A stretch of DNA of 64,000 nt from positions 1,631 through 65,630 of the forward strand of contig DATFQX010000214.1 in assembly GCA_035263865.1 (NCBI GenBank), in the 5' to 3' direction. Source of the stretch: Xanthobacteraceae bacterium. GTDB lineage: Bacteria > Pseudomonadota > Alphaproteobacteria > Rhizobiales > Xanthobacteraceae. Position 1 is the first letter of the stretch. Each line of letters begins with the position of its first letter. Below, one piece after another: positions 19,719 through 27,686 of this stretch. The notes beneath the pieces were generated by a model. The model had not been told where the DNA came from. It did no database searches and was given only the letters and a program-made list of their open reading frames with translations. The translations under genes and the position numbers were made by a program.

Positions 19719-20477
19719 ATGGCTTTACGTTTGCAGAACAAGCTCGTGCTCATCACTGCCGCGGGACAAGGAATCGGCCGCGCCATTGCACAGATTTTCG
19801 CGGCAGAGGGCGCTCGTGTGATCGCCACCGATGTGGACGACAAAAAACTGGAGGGGCTCAAAGCTCTCAAGCACCGCAAGCTCGATGTGCGCTCGAGCGC
19901 ATCCATCGAGTCGTTTGCCCACGAGATCGCGACCGAGCTCGGCGCGCTCGATGTGCTCGTGAACTGCGCCGGATACGTCCACCACGGCAGTGTGCTCGAC
20001 TGCTCCGAGCAGGACTGGGACCTCTCGTTCGATCTCAACGTGAAATCGATGCATCGGACGATCAAGGCCTTCCTGCCGGGCATGCTGGAGAAGCAGGCGG
20101 GCTCGATCGTCAACATTTCGTCCGCGGTTTCGTCGATCCGCGGGGTTCCGGATCGTTATGTGTATGGCGCCACAAAAGCCGCCGTCATCGGGCTCACCAA
20201 AGCAGTTGCCGCCGATTTCATTAAGAAAGGCATCAGAGCCAACGCCATCTGCCCCGGCACGATCGAATCTCCGTCGCTGGAGGAGCGGATCAAGGATCGT
20301 TCGCGCGCGACCGGTAAATCGCTCGCGGAGGTGGAAAAGGCATTCGTGGAGCGCCAACCCATGGGTCGGCTCGGCCGTGCCGAGGAGGTAGCCGCGCTCG
20401 CGGCTTTTCTCGCCGGCGATGAAGCGAGCTACATCACGGGCCAAGCACATCTCGTCGACGGCGGGATGGCACTCTAG
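19719..20477 (+). CDS. SDR family oxidoreductase, DHRS6/BDH2-like (2-keto-3-deoxy-sugar-acid 4-dehydrogenase type)
   Basis: ATG at 19719 with GGAG upstream. ITAAGQGIGRA, YGATKAAVIGLTK and CPGTIESPSL follow the BDH2-like subfamily pattern. Confidence 0.8.
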   Translation: MALRLQNKLVLITAAGQGIGRAIAQIFAAEGARVIATDVDDKKLEGLKALKHRKLDVRSSASIESFAHEIATELGALDVLVNCAGYVHHGSVLDCSEQDWDLSFDLNVKSMHRTIKAFLPGMLEKQAGSIVNISSAVSSIRGVPDRYVYGATKAAVIGLTKAVAADFIKKGIRANAICPGTIESPSLEERIKDRSRATGKSLAEVEKAFVERQPMGRLGRAEEVAALAAFLAGDEASYITGQAHLVDGGMAL

Positions 20478-20577
20478 GCGTAAGAACCCTTATACTCCTG
20501 AATAATCTTGATTGGTCTTGTGGAGCTCGCGAACTGCGTATGACAGGGTAGCTATGCAGGTCTGCCATTTTTTTTCC

Positions 20578-20602
20578 GGAACGGTCATTGAATCAAGTTG
20601 TT
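20578..20602 (+). promoter_or_regulatory. near-consensus EcfG-type general stress promoter (GGAAC-N16-TGTT)
   Basis: GGAAC (20578-20582), 16 nt, then TGTT (20599-20602). A T8 tract (20568-20575) lies just upstream. The site is about 100 nt before the otsB ATG. Confidence 0.35.
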
Positions 20603-20705
20603 GGTGGGTCGGGAGCTGCCATATCTGATTCGAGAGCGTGACCTTTCCTCAAGGGGCACACGCCGGGTCGAAGGTGAAATTGCAAGATTAGCCGCACGGA
20701 CCGCC

Positions 20706-21470
20706 ATGTTAGAGCCCATTCCCTCGCTCCCTGCCGCGCTTGATCAGTTCGCGATCTTGCTCGACGTGGACGGAACGATTCTCGACCTCGCCCCTACGCC
20801 GCGCGAGGTTTTCGTGTCGCACACGCTGCGCGATACGTTAGCACGGCTGTGCGAACGTACCGGCGGCGCTGTGGCTTTTGTGAGCGGGCGCCCCGTCAAT
20901 GAGCTCGATCTCATCTTCTCGCCATTGCAGTTGCCGTCGATTGGCGGTCACGGTGCCGAACTCCGCGCCGTCGCTGGCGGTGCAGCCGGCGCTCCGCGGC
21001 TGCCGCCGCTCGATCCCGCGTTCAAGCGGCGCTTTGCCGCGATCGCGGAGGCCGGCCCCGGCATCGTTCTCGAGGACAAGGGCTACTCGCTCGCGCTGCA
21101 CTACCGGCTGGCACCGCATAAGGAGAGTGTTGTGCGCGCGGCGGCTGCCAAGATTTGCTCCCAGCTGGAGGCTGGTTCGATCGAGCTTTTGCCAGGCAAG
21201 CTCGTGCTGGAGATCAAGCAGACCGGCTGCACCAAAGCGACTGCCGTTCGCGAGTTAATGACCTACGCGCCGTTCTCAAATCGGCGTCCGATCTTCATCG
21301 GCGATGATGTGACGGACCTCGGCGTGTTCGGGATTCTACCGGATTTCAATGGCATCGGCATTTCGGTCGGGAGAGACGTCCCCGGCATCACCGCACGCTT
21401 TGATCGGCCGGCCGACGTTCGCCGCTGGCTCGAGCAAATCTCTCGCGCGGATGCATTTGCGACGCCATGA
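20706..21470 (+). CDS. otsB: trehalose-phosphatase
   Basis: HAD motif I LLDVDGTI, then FVSGRP and C-terminal FIGDDVTD. I use the ATG at 20706; the track ORF begins at a TTG at 20598. Confidence 0.85.
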   Translation: MLEPIPSLPAALDQFAILLDVDGTILDLAPTPREVFVSHTLRDTLARLCERTGGAVAFVSGRPVNELDLIFSPLQLPSIGGHGAELRAVAGGAAGAPRLPPLDPAFKRRFAAIAEAGPGIVLEDKGYSLALHYRLAPHKESVVRAAAAKICSQLEAGSIELLPGKLVLEIKQTGCTKATAVRELMTYAPFSNRRPIFIGDDVTDLGVFGILPDFNGIGISVGRDVPGITARFDRPADVRRWLEQISRADAFATP

Positions 21471-23257
21471 CCGATCACGGGCTTGATCTTGCCGTTATCG
21501 GTAACGGGCGTACTGCCGCGCTCGTCGATCCGTCGGCGCGTTTGGTGTGGTGGTGTTACCCTCGCTTCGACCGCGACCCGATCTTCTGCCGGCTCCTTTC
21601 CGGCGACGAAGAAAAAGGATTTTCGGACGTCGTGCTCGACGACATGGCCGATTTTCAGTCGGAGTACCTTCGGAATACGGCGGTCGTGTCGACGGTTCTC
21701 ACCGATCGTCAAGGCGGCGCCGTCCGCATCACTGACTTTGCCCCTCGTTTTCGCCAGTTCGGCCGCGTCTTTCGACCGCCGCAGCTTATTAGAATGATCG
21801 AGCCAGTGGCCGACTTGCCGCGGATCACTATTCGTTTCCGCCCAACGCACGATTACGGCCACCAGTTCAACCACCGCTCCCTCGGCAGCAATCATATCCG
21901 CTACATCCACGAGGGCAACGTCATCCGCCTCACTAGCGATGCGCCGCTATCCTACATCGAGAGCGAAGCTCCCTTCGTTTTGACGCGGCCGCTGCATCTC
22001 GTGTTCGGTGTCGATGAGCGGTTTCAAGACGATCTCGAAACGACCTGTCGCGAATTCTGCGACCGAACGATCGACTATTGGATGGATTGGTCGCGGGGTC
22101 TTTCCATTTCATATGATTGGCAGGACGAAATTATCCGCGCCGCGATCACGCTAAAGCTCAGCAACTTCGAGGAGACCGGCGGGATCATCGCGGCCCATAC
22201 CACCTCCATCCCAGAAGCTCCGGCATCCGGGCGTACATGGGATTACCGCTATTGCTGGCTTCGCGATGCCTATTTCGTCGTGAAGGCTCTCAACCGCATC
22301 GGCGCGACCCAAACGATGGAAGACTTCATTTCCTTTACCTTGGGCATCGCCTCAAATCCCAACGAGCCGTTGCGACCGGTCTACAGCGTGGTCCCGATCG
22401 AACGGATGGATGAAAAGACTGCACCCGCGCTCAAGGGCTACCGCGGCGACGGGCCGGTGCGGGTCGGCAATGCCGCCGCCGGGCAGGTGCAAAACGATAC
22501 CTACGGCAGCGTCATTCTCGCCGCGATGCCGATGTTCTACGACCGTCGTTTGCCGCGGCTCGGCGACGAGGGACTGTTTCGGCTTCTGGAGACGCTCGGG
22601 GGCAAGGCGGGAGAACTCGCCTTGGAAGCCGATAACGGCATCTGGGAATATCGTGGACGGCAGCGCATCCACACCCACTCGACGGCCATGTGCTGGGCCG
22701 GCTGTCACCGACTCGCCGCGATCGCTCGCCGGTTGGATCTGCCGGATCGGGCCGCGCATTGGAACGCTGTCGCCGAGCCCGTGCATCACGCGCTTCTACA
22801 GGGAGCCTGGAACGAGAAGCGACAGGCTTTCACGGCCGCCTTCGGCTCGGATGACCTCGACGCCAGCGTTCTGTTGCTGCCAGATCTGGGCGTGATCGAA
22901 GCGGACGATCCGCGCTTCGTTAGCACCGTCAAGGCGATGGAGCGTGAACTTTTGCGCGAGAAGCACGTTATGCGCTATGCTTCGGCGGACGACTTCGGCT
23001 TGCCGGCAACGGCCTTCCTGATTTGCCGGTTTTGGCTCGTAGATGCCTGGTGGTCACTTGGTCGTCGCGAGGAGGCGCGTGATTTGTTCGTTGATGCGTT
23101 GGCATATCGCAATCGCTATGGCTTGCTGTCGGAGGATATCGATCCGCAAACCGGCACTTTGTGGGGGAATTTTCCGCAGACCTATTCGATGGCCGGCCTG
23201 ATCTTGACCGCGATGCGGCTGTCGCGCAGCTGGGAGGATCGATATTGGCGCGGCTGA
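21467..23257 (+). CDS. glycoside hydrolase family 15 protein (glucoamylase/trehalase-like)
   Basis: 596 aa with TSIPE...WDYRYCWLRDA and a six-hairpin C-terminus. ATGA overlap with otsB, and the gene sits inside the ots operon. Confidence 0.85.
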   Translation: MTDHGLDLAVIGNGRTAALVDPSARLVWWCYPRFDRDPIFCRLLSGDEEKGFSDVVLDDMADFQSEYLRNTAVVSTVLTDRQGGAVRITDFAPRFRQFGRVFRPPQLIRMIEPVADLPRITIRFRPTHDYGHQFNHRSLGSNHIRYIHEGNVIRLTSDAPLSYIESEAPFVLTRPLHLVFGVDERFQDDLETTCREFCDRTIDYWMDWSRGLSISYDWQDEIIRAAITLKLSNFEETGGIIAAHTTSIPEAPASGRTWDYRYCWLRDAYFVVKALNRIGATQTMEDFISFTLGIASNPNEPLRPVYSVVPIERMDEKTAPALKGYRGDGPVRVGNAAAGQVQNDTYGSVILAAMPMFYDRRLPRLGDEGLFRLLETLGGKAGELALEADNGIWEYRGRQRIHTHSTAMCWAGCHRLAAIARRLDLPDRAAHWNAVAEPVHHALLQGAWNEKRQAFTAAFGSDDLDASVLLLPDLGVIEADDPRFVSTVKAMERELLREKHVMRYASADDFGLPATAFLICRFWLVDAWWSLGRREEARDLFVDALAYRNRYGLLSEDIDPQTGTLWGNFPQTYSMAGLILTAMRLSRSWEDRYWRG

Positions 23258-24678
23258 TAGTCGTTTCCAACCGGGTCGCAGTCCCGAGCAGCGACAACAA
23301 TCAGGCTGGCGGCCTCGCGGTTGCCGTGCGTTCATTGCTCAAAGGCCGCGGCGGCCTCTGGTTCGGCTGGAGCGGGACCGTTTCACCCGAGGAAGACGTC
23401 GTGACCAGGACCATCCAGCGTGGCGACATGTCCTATGTCGTCACCGACCTCGGCGAAGCTGATTATCAGGAGTACTACAACGGCTTCGCCAATCGGGTGC
23501 TGTGGCCGATTCTGCACTATCGCCTCGATCTCGCGGAATTTTCCCGGCGCGATCTTAGCGGCTATCGACGCGTCAACGCCCATTTTGCGAATGAGCTGCA
23601 CAGTCTGATGCAACCCGACGACGTCATCTGGGTGCACGACTATCATCTCATTCCGCTTGCAAAGATGCTGCGCGACCGCGGTCATGAGAACCGTATCGGC
23701 TTTTTTTTGCACGTGCCATTCCCGCCGCCGGAAATTCTCACCGCACTACCCAACCACGAATGGTTGATTCCACAATTGAGCGCGTACGATCTCGTCGGGT
23801 TTCAAACCGAGAACGACGCCACAAATTTTGCTCGGTATCTCGAAAACGAGTGCCGATTTCAAAAGCACGCCGAATTTGCCTATCAGACGGCTGAACGAAT
23901 CGTGCGGCTGGGCGTCTTTCCCATCGGTATCGAGACCGGCGAATTCAGTCGGCTGGCAAGACGCTCGGCGCGCTCGCCGCTGGTGCAGGGAGTGTTGGAG
24001 AGCCTAGCGGGCCGCGCCATGATGATCGGGGTCGATCGGCTCGATTATTCCAAGGGACTCGCCCAGCGCATGGATGCGTTCGACCGGTTCCTGGCGGTCT
24101 ATCCGGATTGGCGTGGCAAGGTGACCTATCTCCAGATCACGCCTAAAAGCCGCTCAGAGATCCAGGAATATGCCGAGATGGAGCGCACGATCAGCGAGGC
24201 CGCCGGACGGATCAACGGCGCCTACGGGGAAATCGCCTGGACTCCTATCCGCTACGTCAACCGCGCGTATAGCCGCAGCGTGCTTGCAGGCCTGTTCCGT
24301 TCCGCACGCGCTGGGCTCGTCACGCCGCTGCGCGACGGAATGAATCTGGTGGCAAAGGAATACATCGCCGCCCAGGATCCGGACGATCCCGGCGTTCTCA
24401 TCTTGTCGCGCTTTGCCGGCGCAGCAGCCGAATGTAAGGCCGCGCTGCTGGTCAACCCGTACGACCCCGAAACGGTCGCCACTTCGATTGCGCATGCGCT
24501 CTCGATGCCGCTCGAGGAGCGCCGGGCGCGCCATCAAGTGCTTTTTCAGGTGATTTCGGATAACGATCTCGATTCATGGGGCGCACATTTTCTAGCAACA
24601 TTGAGCAACGGCGGGCCCGCACAGCCATTGCACGAACATCTCGGACTCGGCCCAGCAGTGACCGCGGGGCTCGCTTAG
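23245..24678 (+). CDS. otsA: alpha,alpha-trehalose-phosphate synthase (UDP-forming)
   Basis: The TTG at 23245 is preceded by GGGAGGA and gives LARLIVVSNRVA, the canonical OtsA N-terminus. Later motifs GFFLHVPFP and RDGMNLVAKEY. It overlaps the GH15 stop by 13 nt. Confidence 0.9.
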   Translation: MARLIVVSNRVAVPSSDNNQAGGLAVAVRSLLKGRGGLWFGWSGTVSPEEDVVTRTIQRGDMSYVVTDLGEADYQEYYNGFANRVLWPILHYRLDLAEFSRRDLSGYRRVNAHFANELHSLMQPDDVIWVHDYHLIPLAKMLRDRGHENRIGFFLHVPFPPPEILTALPNHEWLIPQLSAYDLVGFQTENDATNFARYLENECRFQKHAEFAYQTAERIVRLGVFPIGIETGEFSRLARRSARSPLVQGVLESLAGRAMMIGVDRLDYSKGLAQRMDAFDRFLAVYPDWRGKVTYLQITPKSRSEIQEYAEMERTISEAAGRINGAYGEIAWTPIRYVNRAYSRSVLAGLFRSARAGLVTPLRDGMNLVAKEYIAAQDPDDPGVLILSRFAGAAAECKAALLVNPYDPETVATSIAHALSMPLEERRARHQVLFQVISDNDLDSWGAHFLATLSNGGPAQPLHEHLGLGPAVTAGLA

Positions 24679-24824
24679 GGCTGCATTGCCGACGCAGCAA
24701 AGCAGGCGTCCGAATCGAAACGCGGCCAACACAGCCAATCGAGCGAGCCATTGCGCCCGAGCAGGGCGGCGGCTTCGCAATCGCCGATCAGCGCGTAATC
24801 CTCGATACGAGAGGGCATGATGCG

Positions 24825-25874
24825 CTAAGGCATGAAATCGACGACCACCTTGATGTCGCCTTTGCGGTGCTCGAGCGCCTCACTCCAGCGCTCAAGCGGG
24901 ACCGTGCGCGTGATCAGCCGCCCGAGCCAGCGCTGGTCGGCCTGCACGAGCGCCTCTGCAGCCATTTGATAATGCCGACGGTTCGCGTTCACCGTGCCGA
25001 ACACGACATTGTTGTCGAGCACCGTCCTTCGATTGAAGCGGCCGACATCGAGATCAAAGATCTTTCCGGGTTCGGTGACCCCGGTCAGGCACAAGACTCC
25101 CGCGGCTGCCGTCGCTTCAAGGCAAGCATGGATGACGGCCGGAGCGCCGGTGCATTCCATCAGCACGTCGGGCGCAACACCCTTAAGCGTGCTCGGGTCG
25201 CTGTGATAAGTCGCGCCTAGATCGCTCACGATCGCCTCTTTCGGCCCGCCTCTGTTGTGATCGAGCGCATGCACGTCGAGGCCCCGCTGCATTCCCATCA
25301 GGGCCGCCAGCAGGCCGATGGGACCGGCGCCGGTGACAAGCAATACTTTCGGGCGCCACCCCCACGCGCGTTGGCCGATGCGCTCCGTGTGGTCCCACGC
25401 CTTGGCCAGAATGCTGGCGGGCTCCAGAAGAACGCCAAGAAGCCCCAATGTAGGGTCGATTTTGACCGCAAACTCCGGTTCGATGCGGAAGTATTCGGCG
25501 CCGTAGCCGTGGCGCTCCTTGATGCCCCGCTCAGTGTAACGTCCGTTGCGGCACATGTCCCATTCGCCGACGGCACAAGCAATGCACGGTTCGGGATCGG
25601 GCCGACGCACGATCCCGACAACGAGGTCCCCCGGCGCGAGGCCGCACCCGTTGGGGGGCGCCTCGACGGCGCCTAACGATTCGTGGCCGAGAATAAGCCG
25701 CTGCTGGCCGGGAGGGGCAAAGCCGTAGCTGCCGTTGAGGATTTCACGGTCAGTCCCGCAGACCCCAAGGGCCAAACTGCGCACCAAAACACAGCCATCC
25801 GACTCCGCCGGCTCAGCCACATCTTCGAGCCTCGCCGAGTGGGGGGTGCGGGGCAAAACGGTGATTGCGCGCAT
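24825..25874 (-). CDS. Zn-dependent glucose 1-dehydrogenase (MDR family)
   Basis: The ATG at 25874 starts MRAITV. Motifs GVCGTD, GHESLG and GAGPIG, with overall likeness to archaeal-type glucose dehydrogenases. Confidence 0.75.
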   Translation of the reverse strand: MRAITVLPRTPHSARLEDVAEPAESDGCVLVRSLALGVCGTDREILNGSYGFAPPGQQRLILGHESLGAVEAPPNGCGLAPGDLVVGIVRRPDPEPCIACAVGEWDMCRNGRYTERGIKERHGYGAEYFRIEPEFAVKIDPTLGLLGVLLEPASILAKAWDHTERIGQRAWGWRPKVLLVTGAGPIGLLAALMGMQRGLDVHALDHNRGGPKEAIVSDLGATYHSDPSTLKGVAPDVLMECTGAPAVIHACLEATAAAGVLCLTGVTEPGKIFDLDVGRFNRRTVLDNNVVFGTVNANRRHYQMAAEALVQADQRWLGRLITRTVPLERWSEALEHRKGDIKVVVDFMP

Positions 25875-26069
25875 CGCTGTCCTGGACTGCCTCGATTGGA
25901 CCGCCGCGGCGGCCGCAGTGAGCCTTTTTGCGCTTTTGCAACGCGCTGGCTTCCCGGAAAAAGCGGTTCGCCACACCTCTACGTCGGACCGTGAGAAATG
26001 TTCCCGCGCAGATGAAACGAAAAAACGGTCGTCGGCGTTATCGATCTTGGTGGAAAGAGGAGGCACGGA

Positions 26070-26445
26070 ATGGAGGCCATCGGTCGCCGGCGGTGGGCGA
26101 TTCCGGAGGGATATATCCCCTCTGAAAGTTCATATTCCGATCGCGACTTAGCCTCGCACGAGACCGCATGCATCCTCAATGCCGGCGACCGTGACGCGCA
26201 TGTGGCCATTACTATTTTTTTTCGCCGACCGGGAGCCGGTCGGGCCGTATCGCGTCACCGTCGCCGGACGGCACACGTTGCATCTGCGCTTCAATGATCT
26301 GGATGATCCGCAGCCGATTCCGCGCGATACCGACTACGCCTCCGTCTTCGAATCCGACGTTCCGATCATCGTGCAACATACGCGGCTCGATTCCCGTCGC
26401 GCCGAGCTCGCCCTTCTGTCGACCGTCACTTATCCGCAAGACTGA
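26070..26445 (+). pseudogene. sensory rhodopsin transducer (ASRT) family protein, +1 frameshift in a T8 run
   Basis: ORF 26070 (WAIPEGYIP...SHETACILNAGDRDAHVAITIFF) and ORF 26179 (..ADREPVGPYRVTV...IIVQHTRLDSRRAELALLST) together reproduce the ASRT fold. They join if one T of the run 26215-26222 is removed. Confidence 0.75.
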
Positions 26446-26474
26446 TTAGCATTTATCCGTAAGACTGATTAGCA
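26430..26474 (+). repeat. tandem duplication, 22-nt unit with 23-nt period
   Basis: TTATCCGCAAGACTGATTAGCA (26430-26451) and TTATCCGTAAGACTGATTAGCA (26453-26474). The first copy contains the ASRT-like stop codon. Confidence 0.9.
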
Positions 26475-26524
26475 TATGGCCAAACTTGCTTTTTATTTTT
26501 CATCGCTGCGGCGCGCGGAGGTAC

Positions 26525-26549
26525 GGAACTTTTCGCATCGCAATACGTT
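26525..26549 (+). promoter_or_regulatory. exact EcfG-type general stress promoter motif GGAAC-N16-CGTT
   Basis: GGAAC at 26525-26529 and CGTT at 26546-26549, 33 nt upstream of the ATG at 26583. GGAGAGG serves as the SD. Confidence 0.55.
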
Positions 26550-26582
26550 GCGGCAAGAACGGGTCCTGGTGGAGAGGAAAAT

Positions 26583-27677
26583 ATGAAAATCGCGCAGATC
26601 GCGCCGCTCATGGAGAGCGTGCCGCCGCGGCTTTATGGGGGAAGCGAGCGAATCGCCTCCTATCTCACCGACGAACTGGTCCGAATGGGCCATGACGTGA
26701 CGCTCTTTGCGAGCGGAGATTCCGTCTCCAGCGCGCATCTGGTGCCCTGCGTCCCAATGGCGCTGCGTCTTGATGACAACGTGCGCGACCCAATCCCCTA
26801 TTACATGCTGATGCTGGACCGGGTGCGGGAATACGCGGACGAATTCGACATTCTGCACTTCCACATCGATCAGTTTCACTTTCCGCTGTTTCGGCCGATA
26901 GCTCACCGGACCGTGACCACGCTTCATGGCCGGCAGGATCTGCACGACCTCAAGCCCCTCTATGTCGGCTTCAGCGAGATGCCGCTGGTGTCGATCTCCA
27001 ACGCACAACGCAAACCCATCCCTAACGCGAACTTCGTCGCCACCGTCCATCACGGCATTCCCACCCACTCGCTCAGACCCACTTACCAGCCGCGCGACAA
27101 CTATGTCGCCTTCCTCGGACGGATCTCGCCTGAGAAGCGGCCAGATCGTGCGATCAGGATCGCGCGGGCGCTGGAAATCCCGCTCAAGATTGCCGCCAAA
27201 GTGGACAAGGTCGACGAAGTCTATTTCCGCGAGAAGATCGTGCCGCTCCTCAACCAACCGGGTGTGGAATACATCGGCGAGATTGATGAGCGGGCCAAGA
27301 GCGACTTCTTGGGCAATGCAGCGGCGCTCCTGTTCCCGGTCGACTGGCCCGAGCCGTTCGGATTGTCGATGATTGAAGCGATGGCCTGCGGGACTCCGGT
27401 TCTCGCCTTCGGCTGCGGCTCGGTCCCCGAGATTATCGATCCAGGCATAACAGGCTTCATCGTCGATAGTATGGACGAGGCGATCAGGACCTTACCCGCG
27501 GTCCTTGCGCTCGACCGGCGGGCCGTGCGGCAGCGGTTCGAGCAGCGCTTTTCCGTTGCCCGGATGGCCAAAGATTATATTCATGTGTATCGTTCACTGT
27601 TGAAGCGGCCCTCGCTCCCCGAGCACGAATCCGCCATGGCGAGGCTGCAGCCGGAGATGGAAAAAGGAATGAACTGA
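26583..27677 (+). CDS. glycosyltransferase family 4 (GT-B, retaining) protein
   Basis: N-terminal YGGSERI and a C-terminal EPFGLSMIEAMACGTPV E-x7-E block. Confidence 0.85.
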   Translation: MKIAQIAPLMESVPPRLYGGSERIASYLTDELVRMGHDVTLFASGDSVSSAHLVPCVPMALRLDDNVRDPIPYYMLMLDRVREYADEFDILHFHIDQFHFPLFRPIAHRTVTTLHGRQDLHDLKPLYVGFSEMPLVSISNAQRKPIPNANFVATVHHGIPTHSLRPTYQPRDNYVAFLGRISPEKRPDRAIRIARALEIPLKIAAKVDKVDEVYFREKIVPLLNQPGVEYIGEIDERAKSDFLGNAAALLFPVDWPEPFGLSMIEAMACGTPVLAFGCGSVPEIIDPGITGFIVDSMDEAIRTLPAVLALDRRAVRQRFEQRFSVARMAKDYIHVYRSLLKRPSLPEHESAMARLQPEMEKGMN

Positions 27678-27686
27678 CGGGGTTTC

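Noticed and set aside
26205-26230. Programmed +1 ribosomal frameshifting in the ASRT-like gene.
   Set aside because: I could identify no stimulatory element (an in-frame rare or stop codon at the shift site, an upstream SD-like sequence at the right distance, or a downstream structure). A simple T7-to-T8 mutation or a sequencing error is more economical. It is kept only as an alternative in the finding.
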